A stretch of DNA of 31,474 bases, taken from Nitrospirota bacterium. Lineage in GTDB: Bacteria > Nitrospirota > UBA9217. The DNA lies in contig JAOUEV010000044.1 of the NCBI GenBank assembly GCA_029858565.1, positions 1-31,474 of the forward strand, given 5' to 3'. Shown here piece by piece: positions 1-8,161 of this stretch. Below the pieces are notes generated by a model. It did no database searches. It saw nothing but the letters and a program-made list of their open reading frames with translations, and was not told the DNA's origin. Each line of letters starts with the position of its first letter. The stretch's first letter is position 1. The position numbers and the translations under genes were made by a program.

Positions 1-851
1 AGCTGCAGCACCTCGCCCTGCGCCTCCACCGTGATCTTCCGCGACAGGTCGCCGCTCGCCACCGCCGTGGTCACGTCGGCGATGTTCCGCACCTGGTTCG
101 TCAGGTTCGACGCCATGGCGTTCACGTTGTCCGTCAATTCCTTCCAGATGCCGGCCACCCCTTTCACCACGGCCTGGCCGCCGAGCTTGCCTTCGGTGCC
201 CACCTCCCGCGCCACCCTGCTCACCTCACCCGAAAACGTGTTCAGGTTGTCCACCATCTCGTTGATCGTGCTGACCATGGCCTTGATGTCGCCGGCCGCG
301 TTGATGTCCGTCCGCTGCGTCATGTCGCCGCGGGCCGCGGCAAGCTCGTTCTTCCACCGGTCGCTCATTTTCTGCGTCAGGTCGCCCCGGGATATGATCG
401 TCACCACCCGTCCGATCTCGCTCACCGGCATGGCGATGCAGTCGAGCAGGTAGTTCAGCGTGTCCACGATGGTCTTCCACGAGCCGCCGGCCCCCGCCAC
501 GCGGGCGCGGGAGTTGGGGTCCGTTAATTTCCCTTCCTCTCCCGCCACGAGGGTGACGCGGGTCACCTCCTTGGTCATGGCCTCATTCATGATGACGACG
601 TCATTGAAGGTCTCGGCAATCTCGCCCATGATGCCGGCGTCGCTGCGGGGAAGCCGGACCGTGAAATCGCCCTCTTTCATCGACTTCAGCGCGTCCGCAA
701 GCATGACCAGCCGGCCCTCGGTGTCGGCGTCGAACGACGAACCTTCTCGCCGCGTTTTACCGCCGTTCCCCCGCACGTGCCGGTCCCGCTCCGGCCCCGC
801 GACAGGCGCGGCCCGCCTGTAATTTTGAAGCTCATTTTCCTTCTTCGCCAT
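1..851 (-). CDS. Poly-HAMP signalling protein, 5' part only (probably a hybrid sensor histidine kinase); runs off the window
   Basis: Absent from the ORF track; translated by hand from ATG at 851 with GGAGG upstream. MAKKENELQ...[15 protein letters not shown]...[75 protein letters not shown] matches the tandem HAMP repeat of poly-HAMP kinases. The kinase domain is not visible. Confidence 0.9.
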   Translation of the reverse strand, partial: MAKKENELQNYRRAAPVAGPERDRHVRGNGGKTRREGSSFDADTEGRLVMLADALKSMKEGDFTVRLPRSDAGIMGEIAETFNDVVIMNEAMTKEVTRVTLVAGEEGKLTDPNSRARVAGAGGSWKTIVDTLNYLLDCIAMPVSEIGRVVTIISRGDLTQKMSDRWKNELAAARGDMTQRTDINAAGDIKAMVSTINEMVDNLNTFSGEVSRVAREVGTEGKLGGQAVVKGVAGIWKELTDNVNAMASNLTNQVRNIADVTTAVASGDLSRKITVEAQGEVLQ

Positions 852-903
852 GACGGCCTCCTTGGATGTGTTTATCGTTTCATGCGCTCGCGCGATCGCT
901 TCA

Positions 904-1070
904 TCCGGAAAAGAGCAGTTAACCACAGATGAACACTGATAAACACGGCTAATTCAAGACATTCAAGCGAAAACCGGATTCACCCTTTTGGTGAAAGTCC
1001 GAGGTAACGTACGTATCCGACTTTGCTTTTCATCTGTGTTACTCTGTGGTCTCATCTGCCGTTTTTAGTT
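904..1070. mobile_element. MITE-like element, copy 1 (167 bp)
   Basis: Close paralogue of 1420-1576. Imperfect terminal inverted repeats tccggaaaagagcagtt / atctgccgtttttagtt; flanked by TCA at 901-903 and 1071-1073; internal inverted repeats accacagatgaacac / catctgtgttactctgtggt and hairpin ttcacc-cttt-tggtgaa. Confidence 0.75.
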
Positions 1071-1203
1071 TCATCTGTTTTTGAGAAATCAGCTCGTACA
1101 TGAGTGACGAGATGCCGCACGGTTGATTCCCTGCGCCTTGACTGGAGCTTTCATCGCGCGTCAGGCGACGCCCTCCGGTGATCAGCGCGGGACGGGCCTG
1201 TTA

Positions 1204-1310
1204 ACGCGGACTCCCCACGCATTGCCGTATGTTAAACGATAGCAGAGAGTTGCGAAGTTGACAATCGGGAGAATCCTGATTAGCAGATCAGGAAATCCCT
1301 GATGGTTTTT
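1204..1310 (-). promoter_or_regulatory. Sigma70-type promoter with two tandem 17-bp palindromic operators, facing the poly-HAMP gene
   Basis: Minus strand: ATCAGGGATTTCCTGAT (1303-1287), ATCAGGATTCTCCCGAT (1280-1264), -35 TTGTCA (1264-1259), 17-bp spacer, TGc-TATCGT (-10 at 1241-1236). A near-identical module lies at 15641-15746. Confidence 0.75.
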
Positions 1311-1419
1311 TGCGTGGATTACTTTGTTGCGTCGGCTGGTCGGTAAACCGTAAAAAGGGCGGTTGGCAACGTCGCGGATGACCCCGTTCAGCGGCTGTTC
1401 AAAATCGATGCACGGATTA

Positions 1420-1576
1420 TCCTGAAAAGAGCAGTTAACCACGGATGAACACGGATAATTCAAGACCTTCAAACAAAAGTAGGATTCACCCTTTTGGTGA
1501 AAGTCTGAGGTAACGTAAATATCCGATTTTGTTTTCCATCTGTGTTAATCTGTGGTTTCAACTGCCGTTTTTAGGA
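1420..1576. mobile_element. MITE-like element, copy 2 (157 bp)
   Basis: Terminal inverted repeats tcctgaaaagagcagtt / aactgccgtttttagga; flanked by TTA at 1417-1419 and 1577-1579; same internal palindromes as copy 1. Confidence 0.78.
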
Positions 1577-1659
1577 TTATGCGGTTTCAAAAGAAGCGCA
1601 AGCTTTTCTTTGCGTTCCTTGCGGGTGCTGCGAGAGGCGCTTTTGCTTTTGGCTTGGTT

Positions 1660-3048
1660 TTACCGGCCTGCGGCAGCGCCTTGTTCGTCCTTGATGATGG
1701 TCGGCGTGATGAAGATCATCAATTCAGTTTCGTTTTCATACTTCGACTTCTTCTTGAACAGCCAGCCGATGAGCGGGAGGTCCGACAGGAACGGGACTCC
1801 GGACTCTGAACGGCCCTCGCTCTTGGTAAGGATGCCGCCCAGCACGGCGGTTTCTCCGTCGTCGACGATCAGCTCCGCGGCGGCGCTCCGCTTCGTGATC
1901 GTCGGAATATTGTCAACCTGCCGTGAAAAGTCGGGCTCTGACTTTTCCAGTTTCATGGATAGGGAAATCCTGTTGTCCGTCGTCAGCACGGCGATCGTGG
2001 AAAGCGCCAGGCTCGCGGAAATGATCTTCAGGTCCGAGGTCGTTCCCGCCGTGGTCGTGGTCAGCACGCGAACGGGGATGTCGATGCCGCTCGAGATCTT
2101 CGCTTCCTTGTTGTTCCGAGTCAGGACCTTGGGGCTGGAAAGGATCCTGCCGTTTCCCATGGTCTGCATGGCCGAAAGCTGCAAGTCCAGGTTCAGCCGG
2201 CCGCCGGCCTTCCCGAAGGTGATGCCCAGCGCGCCGCCGGAGCCCGCGCCGACCGCCGCCGGAAGGTTGACGACGTAGGCGTTGCCGCTCATGCCGATAT
2301 TGCCGGTCAGCGGATACTGCGACGTGCTTCCGATCAGCGGCAGGGACGCGGCCGCGCCCGAGGCGCCCGCCCCGCTCACCCCCGTCGTGCCGCCCGATAC
2401 TCCCACGGTGTTGCCGTCCGACGCTCCGGCGTATTTCCCGCCCCACTGGATCCCCAGTTCGCGCGCGTAGGAGCTCGACATCTCCACGATCTTCGCCTCG
2501 ATCAGGATCTGGGGCACCCGGATATCGAGCTGTTTCAGCACGCGCTCCATGCGGTCCAGATTGAGCGACAGGTCCCTGACCACCACGGCGTTCATCCGGG
2601 GGTCCGCCGACAGCCGTGCCTTGTCGCTCTTCACCTTTTCGAGCACCTCGATGACCTCCTTGCCGTTCGCGTTGGCCAGGGAAAAAACGCGCGTCTCCAT
2701 GTCCTCGTCCCGGGCTTCGTTCACGGAAAGCACGCGCACGATGTCCCCCTCGCGCACATAGGTGAGCCCCTTGGTTTTCAGGATCGCTTCGAGCGCGGCC
2801 CAAATATCCACGTCGCCGAGGCTCATGGTGACGCGCCCACTCACCGCTTCGCCGACGATCAGGTTCAGGCCGGCGGCCTGCCCCACGGCCCGCAGCACGT
2901 CCTTGAGTTCTGCTTCGCGGAACTCAAGGGAAAACTGTTTCCGGTCCTGCTTGATTTCGAGGACGTCGGCCGCGGCAAGCGCCGGGAACGCCGCGACAAA
3001 GAGAGCGCACGCCGCCCCTGTGAAAACACGCGATGCCCATGAAGTCAT
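1660..3048 (-). CDS. pilQ: Type IV pilus secretin, PilQ-like, short form without AMIN domains
   Basis: Signal peptide; FSLEFREAELKDVLR N0 region; ADPRMNAVVVRD N3; LDIRVPQILIEAKIVE, ILSSPKVLT, GVPFLSDLPLIGWLFK, ELMIFITPTII secretin motifs. Start placed at ATG 3048 after GGAGG (ORF extends to 3081). Confidence 0.92.
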   Translation of the reverse strand: MTSWASRVFTGAACALFVAAFPALAAADVLEIKQDRKQFSLEFREAELKDVLRAVGQAAGLNLIVGEAVSGRVTMSLGDVDIWAALEAILKTKGLTYVREGDIVRVLSVNEARDEDMETRVFSLANANGKEVIEVLEKVKSDKARLSADPRMNAVVVRDLSLNLDRMERVLKQLDIRVPQILIEAKIVEMSSSYARELGIQWGGKYAGASDGNTVGVSGGTTGVSGAGASGAAASLPLIGSTSQYPLTGNIGMSGNAYVVNLPAAVGAGSGGALGITFGKAGGRLNLDLQLSAMQTMGNGRILSSPKVLTRNNKEAKISSGIDIPVRVLTTTTAGTTSDLKIISASLALSTIAVLTTDNRISLSMKLEKSEPDFSRQVDNIPTITKRSAAAELIVDDGETAVLGGILTKSEGRSESGVPFLSDLPLIGWLFKKKSKYENETELMIFITPTIIKDEQGAAAGR

Positions 3049-3077
3049 AATGAATCCTCCGAACCTTTCCCGCAGCA

Positions 3078-3536
3078 TCACTTGCCCGCGGTGAAATCCT
3101 CCAGAACCAGTTCTTCCCGCCCGCCGGAGTGGTCTTTCAGCACGATCACCTTCCTGCGGATGTCCGTGATCGTTTTGCCTCCCACCGTGCCCCCGATGCG
3201 CAGGACTTCGCCGCCGACGAGAGCGAGCCGGTCGCTGCCGTCGGGTCCGTAAATGATCCCGGTCAGCGCGCCGCCGGCTGCAGGCCTTTTTTCGGCGGGA
3301 GCGTTCGCGGCTTTCTTCGTCCCGCCGAAGGGATTTTCAAAGGGGTCCCGGACCCACCTGTCCCGCACCGTTGTCCGCGCAGGCGCCGTGGCAAGACGCT
3401 CGGCGGGGAAAAAGGGATCGCGCCCCCTTTCCTCGGCCCCTGCCCCTGACGCAACAAGGCACGCCAGGAGAATCCAGCTATTGAGGCATGGCCGCGGGCC
3501 GGTCTTTTCCCCTCTTTTGCTTTTTGCATTTTGCAT
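3078..3536 (-). CDS. PilP-like (or MshK/GspB-like) small exported assembly protein
   Basis: Lies between pilO and the secretin; hydrophobic N-terminal segment, RDPF motif twice, LTGII..G...LALVGG beta domain. Start uncertain (3536 or 3602). Confidence 0.7.
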   Translation of the reverse strand: MQNAKSKRGEKTGPRPCLNSWILLACLVASGAGAEERGRDPFFPAERLATAPARTTVRDRWVRDPFENPFGGTKKAANAPAEKRPAAGGALTGIIYGPDGSDRLALVGGEVLRIGGTVGGKTITDIRRKVIVLKDHSGGREELVLEDFTAGK

Positions 3537-3631
3537 TTTTGTAATCCTATCTCTGTGCGGTCTGCGGCAAATCCTGATTTCTTGCGGTGCATCATTTTTC
3601 AATTTATTTTATCCTGCTTCTGCGCTCCCGG

Positions 3632-4198
3632 TCACTTCGCCATGTAGGCGACGGCCTCCACCCGCACGCTGCACACCGACGCGCTGTCCGGGCATGCCTC
3701 CATCCGCACGTTCCGGATGTTCACGATCCGCACCAGTCTTTCCAGCCGCTTGAAATACTCTCCTAGCTGCCGGTAGCGGCCCTTGAGGTCCATGTTCATG
3801 CTCACTTCCCGGTAGTGCTCCCGGTCGAGCTCCCGTGATGGATGAACCGACAGGATGTTCACGCCCGTGCGCCGGGCCTCGCCGGTAACTTCGTCGAGCA
3901 GGACCACCGCGCTTGTGTCGCTGATCAGCTCCCTGCCCGGGACCGCTGCCAGCGCGGCCTTGATCTCCGAGGCCTTTCCCTGCAGCTCCACGATCTTCGA
4001 CGCAAGGTCCAGCGCGGCCTTTTCCGTGTCGGCAGCCTGCGCCTTGAGCAGGTTGTTTGCCTGCTCGCCGGCCGCGTAAGGGTACCGGTACAGCAGGGCC
4101 GAAAGAACGATCGCAGCCACGACCGGGACGAGCCTCCGCTCCCGTTTGGTCAGCCGCTGCCAATGCCGCGCAAGGGAAGAATCTTTCCAAACGTTCAT
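3632..4198 (-). CDS. pilO: PilO-like alignment protein
   Basis: LTKRER + TM + coiled coil + KGRYRQLGEYFKRLERLVRIVNI; ATG at 4198 overlaps the pilN stop (ATGA). Confidence 0.85.
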   Translation of the reverse strand: MNVWKDSSLARHWQRLTKRERRLVPVVAAIVLSALLYRYPYAAGEQANNLLKAQAADTEKAALDLASKIVELQGKASEIKAALAAVPGRELISDTSAVVLLDEVTGEARRTGVNILSVHPSRELDREHYREVSMNMDLKGRYRQLGEYFKRLERLVRIVNIRNVRMEACPDSASVCSVRVEAVAYMAK

Positions 4199-4767
4199 TT
4201 CGCTCCTTTCCCTTTCCGGATCGCCGACAGGATCTCGAAGCCGATTGCGTCCTGCCCCTGGATCCTGATCTTCTGGGCGTAGACCAACTGGGGCGTCAGA
4301 AAGTATCCCGTCTTCTGCATGGAGCGCAGGAAATCGGAAACGGTCGCATACGTGAGCGCCCCTCCCCGGATCGTGATCTCCGCCCGCTCGCCCGCCTTGC
4401 CCTCCACGCTGTCGAACCAGAGCCCCGCGGGCGCGATCAGCGAAAACTGCCGGAACACCTCGGACCACTCCACGCGCTCGTTCATCAGGCCGATAATGAG
4501 GGTTGCCCGTTCCGCGGACACGCCCCCGGGCCCGGCGATGCCCAGCTCCCGGTACAGCGCGTCCAGCTGCCGCAGCCGCTCCTGCTTGGTCAAACTCTCA
4601 AAAGCGAGCCGCTCGCGCAGGTCGAGCTGCTCCTTCCACTGCCATCCGAACGCCGCGGCCCACCCCAGGACGAAAAGCGCGCCGGCGACCGCTGCCGGAC
4701 CCGGAACGCGGCGCGGTGTCGGCGCGGCTTTCGGCATCAGGTTGATATAGTCCTTCGGCCGTTTCAT
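4195..4767 (-). CDS. pilN: PilN-like alignment protein
   Basis: INLMP PilM-binding motif, one TM, coiled coil, W...P.GLWF motif; coupled to pilM and pilO. Confidence 0.88.
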   Translation of the reverse strand: MKRPKDYINLMPKAAPTPRRVPGPAAVAGALFVLGWAAAFGWQWKEQLDLRERLAFESLTKQERLRQLDALYRELGIAGPGGVSAERATLIIGLMNERVEWSEVFRQFSLIAPAGLWFDSVEGKAGERAEITIRGGALTYATVSDFLRSMQKTGYFLTPQLVYAQKIRIQGQDAIGFEILSAIRKGKGAK

Positions 4768-5792
4768 CCCTGCGCCTTCCTGAGGGCGGCCCCCACAGCC
4801 GCGGCAAACCTCGGCGCTGCCGGGCCGAATTCCGCGGCCACCTTCGCGGGTACCGAAAGACGGGCAAAGGGGGCGTCCAGTTCCACCACGCCCGCCAACG
4901 ACCGGGAAAAGTACTCCGCGACACCCGGCGTCAGCGCCCCCCCGCCGGTCAAAAGGAACTTTTCCACCGCCCGTTCGCGGAATGCGGTCCGGAAGTACTC
5001 CGCGGACCGCCGGATTTCGCGCAGCATGCTGTCGAGCCCCTTCCGCATGATCGCCGCTGCCTGGTCATTATCCGGCGCCACGGCCACGTTCGTTTGCAGC
5101 TTGATCGCCTCGGCCTCGTCCGCATTCACGCCCAGTCCGTCGGCCATGGCGCGGGTGGCGTCGATCCCTCCGGTTTCGATGCAGCGGCTGAAAAGGAGCC
5201 GGCCCGCCCGGAACACGTTGATTTCCGTATTGCCCGCGCCGAGGTCAGCCAGAAGCACGTTCGCGTCCTCCGGCTCGTCCCGCAGCCGGAACCCGTTCCT
5301 GAGCGCCAGCGGATGGGCGTCCACGGCCTCCACCTTGATCCCCGCCCGTTCGAAGGGCGCGAGGTGATCGTACACCGCCGACCGCTCCGCAGCCACGAAG
5401 AGCACGTCGTACTTGTCCACGGCGCCCTCCCGCTTTTCGCCCTGGATGAGAAACTCGATCACGGCTTCATCCAGGGGATAGGAGAGCTGCCGTTTGGACT
5501 CCCACCGCACGGCCTCGTTCAGTTCCGGCAGCGGCATTTTGGGAAGGGTCAGTTGGCGAATGGCCAACCTCGCCCCCGGCAGCATCGTAACCACCCGCTT
5601 CCCGGTTTTTTTTCCGGCCAGGAACAGGCGGAGCGCCGCGGCCGTGTCTTCCCGCTTCTCCGGCTCCAAAGGCAGTTCCAGCAGCCCTGCCGCCAGGAGT
5701 TCCGGCCGTTTGCCGCCGGAGATCCGGACGAATTTGACGGAGCCCGCGCCCACGTCGATGGCCGTTATGTCTGTCCCGAAAAGATGCATCAT
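4764..5792 (-). CDS. pilM: PilM actin-like assembly protein
   Basis: AIDVGAGSVK, ADLGAGNTEI, EAEAIK, LLTGGGA, AAVGAALR motifs. Confidence 0.92.
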   Translation of the reverse strand: MMHLFGTDITAIDVGAGSVKFVRISGGKRPELLAAGLLELPLEPEKREDTAAALRLFLAGKKTGKRVVTMLPGARLAIRQLTLPKMPLPELNEAVRWESKRQLSYPLDEAVIEFLIQGEKREGAVDKYDVLFVAAERSAVYDHLAPFERAGIKVEAVDAHPLALRNGFRLRDEPEDANVLLADLGAGNTEINVFRAGRLLFSRCIETGGIDATRAMADGLGVNADEAEAIKLQTNVAVAPDNDQAAAIMRKGLDSMLREIRRSAEYFRTAFRERAVEKFLLTGGGALTPGVAEYFSRSLAGVVELDAPFARLSVPAKVAAEFGPAAPRFAAAVGAALRKAQG

Positions 5793-5796
5793 GCCT

Positions 5797-6039
5797 TCAC
5801 TGTCCGTTTTCTCCGCTTTTCAGCTCTTCCATCGCCTTCCCGTACGCCGCCTTGTGCTTGAACCCCTTCTTGAGATACTTCCAGATGACTTTGACGCGCT
5901 CGAAGTCGCGCCGGCTGTATTCCCGCGACTCCAGGTCGCCGAGCGGAATGCGCCGGGGCCGCACGTACCCCTTCTGCTCCAGGTAGTACAGCTTGTGCCG
6001 CGGGATGTCGAGTTTGCTGATGACTTCCGATGTTTTCAT
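5797..6039 (-). CDS. Small MerR-family helix-turn-helix protein (80 aa)
   Basis: MKTSEVISKLDIPRHKLYYLEQKGYVRP...REYSRRD pattern of the MerR DNA-binding domain; GGAG upstream; ends 4 nt before pilM. Confidence 0.8.
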   Translation of the reverse strand: MKTSEVISKLDIPRHKLYYLEQKGYVRPRRIPLGDLESREYSRRDFERVKVIWKYLKKGFKHKAAYGKAMEELKSGENGQ

Positions 6040-6222
6040 AACCTGCCGCTCACTCCCCCAGCGGGGCCTGACGCTGAAAATAAGGCTGAATTTGATTTTG
6101 GGTTTATTTTTCTATAGTTGCTGAGCCAATTCAACCACGCATCAGGGTGCCTGTCAAGGGAAATCGTGGATGACGGACCGGAGTCGCGGGGATGATCGCT
6201 CCGAACCATTCGGCGCCCTTCC

Positions 6223-8139
6223 TCAGTTCACCACTTCCCGCCAGTGGAGAATCCGCATGCCGGCGAGGCAAGCGGCGCCGGTGTTGGTGAAATTCACAAC
6301 GACGTTCGCGGATGCGTCCTGGAAGGTTCCCGTGACGATAGCGCTCGGTACCAGGGCGTTATACGGATTCGGCGCCCGGAGGGTCGTTTGGGCCACGCCT
6401 CCGGTCGTTGCCGCCATATGAGGATCAAGCGTTCCGGCGGTCTCCAGGAAATTCACGATGCTGCCGTTCGGGGGGGCGGGAGTCACCGTGGCCGTGATCG
6501 TTGACGCGCAGTTCGGATCGATCGACCCCGGGCTTGCCGTAAGGACGATCGCATAGGCCGTAATCTTGACGATCACTCCGAGCGACGCCCGCGGTTCCTT
6601 GTTCGTCGGCGTCTGGGTGTCCCAAAGATCCACGCGAAAATTGTAATCCGTGTTGACGGCCACGGTCGGGACGCTTGCGTAAGTCACGGTGAAGTCGCAG
6701 ACGCCGCCCAGCGCGGGAACATAATCCGCCGCGGTGCGGAAATTGGTCCACGTGGGCGCTCCTCCCGTGGTAACGATCCAGGCGGGTGCCGCGCATCCGC
6801 CTGAAGCGGCAGAATACACGAAGCCCGCGCTCGGCGGGGTAATCAGCACCTGCTGCAGTCCGTAGCCTCCGTTGTTCGTCACCCGGAAGGTGAACGTCAC
6901 GTTCGCGCTTCCCGACGCCACGGTGGCCGGGGACACGGTGACCGAGTAAGCGGAGATGACAACCGGATTGGACACCGACGGATTAGGCAGGGAATTGACC
7001 CCGCCGTTGTCCGTGGCGAAGCCGGTGAAGGTGAATACGCTCCCCACGGCGCCGGTCAGCGTGTAGGTCCATTGGAACGAGGATGACGCCCCGGCAGCCA
7101 GGTTGCCGACGCTCGCTGGCGAGGGTCCGGAGACATGGGAGCTTCCCGCGGGCGGGTTCAGCGTCGGGCTGATTCCCTGGATGGACGTCGAGCCGTTGTT
7201 CGTCACGGTCATGGTAACGGTCACGTCCTGGCCGGAGACGATCTGCGCCGGGGTGACGGTGATGGTTGCCGTGAAATTCCCGACCGACACCGTGTTCGAG
7301 CAGGCATTCAGCGAAGTCGCGGTTCCCGCGCCGTTCCGGCCGGAGTTGCAGAACTGCAGGCTCCCGCTGCCGCTCGCGGTATAGAGCCATTGATAGGTTG
7401 CCGACGCGCCCGCGGCAAGGGACGCAGTGGATGCCGGGGTCGGGCCGGAGTTCAGCGCCGCGTTGGCCGTTCCCGTGGCGTTGATGGTCAGCGCCGCGTT
7501 GGCCGGCTGAACGTTTGCCTGGGCCGCGCTCGACCGGTTCGTCACCGTCATGATGATGGTGATCATGCCGCCGCTGCCGACCGACGACGGCGTCGCGGTC
7601 ATCGAGGCGGACAGGGCCTTGCGCGTCCACGTGGGCAATCCGCCGGACAGCGCGAACGGGTTGCAGCCGGGGCCGCTCACGTACGTCGCGGCATTCAGGG
7701 TGTCGACGCGGTCCTGGGTGTCGCTCGGAATCGGGCCGTTTGTCGTCCCGGTCACAATCACGTTGAACGCCAGGCTTCCCCCGATGGGGATGCCGCCTGC
7801 GGTAGCGGTGTATTCGATGAAGGATTGTCCCGCTCCGGCGTTTTTAATCTGCGAAACGGTCCAGCCCGCGGGCGCGGAAGACAGCAAGCTGACGTTGTAG
7901 AGGGCGGCGTTCAATTCAATATGAACGAAATTTATCACTTTCGTCGCGCTGGTATTGGCAACGGTAATGGGCAACGTTGCGGTGGCGTCGCCCATGGTGG
8001 CGCTCGTGGTGGCGGGTGTCGTCAGGGAATATGTATCGGCAACAAGACATACGGCCTCGCCCTGCGTGCTCCCGAATGCAACAATGACGGCGGAGATCAG
8101 AACTAGTGATAGTGAAAAGCGTATATTCATGTTTCTCAC
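6223..8139 (-). CDS. Secreted Thr/Ser/Gly-rich Ig-repeat protein, candidate pilus tip adhesin
   Basis: Signal peptide (GEA|V); repeats T.TP....SG....T.TVTN and SGP.PAS...LAAGAS...QW.YT; final invasin/Big-like segment; C-terminus ILHWREVVN; directly follows the minor pilins. Confidence 0.8.
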   Translation of the reverse strand: MRNMNIRFSLSLVLISAVIVAFGSTQGEAVCLVADTYSLTTPATTSATMGDATATLPITVANTSATKVINFVHIELNAALYNVSLLSSAPAGWTVSQIKNAGAGQSFIEYTATAGGIPIGGSLAFNVIVTGTTNGPIPSDTQDRVDTLNAATYVSGPGCNPFALSGGLPTWTRKALSASMTATPSSVGSGGMITIIMTVTNRSSAAQANVQPANAALTINATGTANAALNSGPTPASTASLAAGASATYQWLYTASGSGSLQFCNSGRNGAGTATSLNACSNTVSVGNFTATITVTPAQIVSGQDVTVTMTVTNNGSTSIQGISPTLNPPAGSSHVSGPSPASVGNLAAGASSSFQWTYTLTGAVGSVFTFTGFATDNGGVNSLPNPSVSNPVVISAYSVTVSPATVASGSANVTFTFRVTNNGGYGLQQVLITPPSAGFVYSAASGGCAAPAWIVTTGGAPTWTNFRTAADYVPALGGVCDFTVTYASVPTVAVNTDYNFRVDLWDTQTPTNKEPRASLGVIVKITAYAIVLTASPGSIDPNCASTITATVTPAPPNGSIVNFLETAGTLDPHMAATTGGVAQTTLRAPNPYNALVPSAIVTGTFQDASANVVVNFTNTGAACLAGMRILHWREVVN

Positions 8140-8161
8140 ATTCCTTTTGCCGGGACCGCGC

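Noticed and set aside
31-822. Plus-strand ORFs 31-453 and 460-822, and minus ORF 226-480
   Set aside because: Shadows of the poly-HAMP gene on the minus strand, which the ORF track missed because it has no stop in the window.
1335-1400. GGTAAAC...GCAAC segment resembling a c-di-GMP-I riboswitch
   Set aside because: No GAAA tetraloop/receptor or convincing P1/P2 pairing, and no downstream gene on that strand. An Rfam scan would settle it.
1182-1472. 96-aa ORF sharing GFPDLLIR.LPIVN with the end of ORF 15028-15717
   Set aside because: The shared peptide is a translation of the duplicated promoter module; the conserved positions match operator and -35/-10 boxes.
904-1576. The two ~160-bp repeats as a CRISPR array or composite transposon
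   Set aside because: Too long and only two copies, no cas genes, and each copy has its own target duplication.
1588-1650. 9-nt periodic ctttgcgtt/ccttgcggg/tgctgcgag tract within a loose hairpin after pilQ
   Set aside because: Could be a degenerate repeat or terminator, but the loop is large and the evidence too weak to call.
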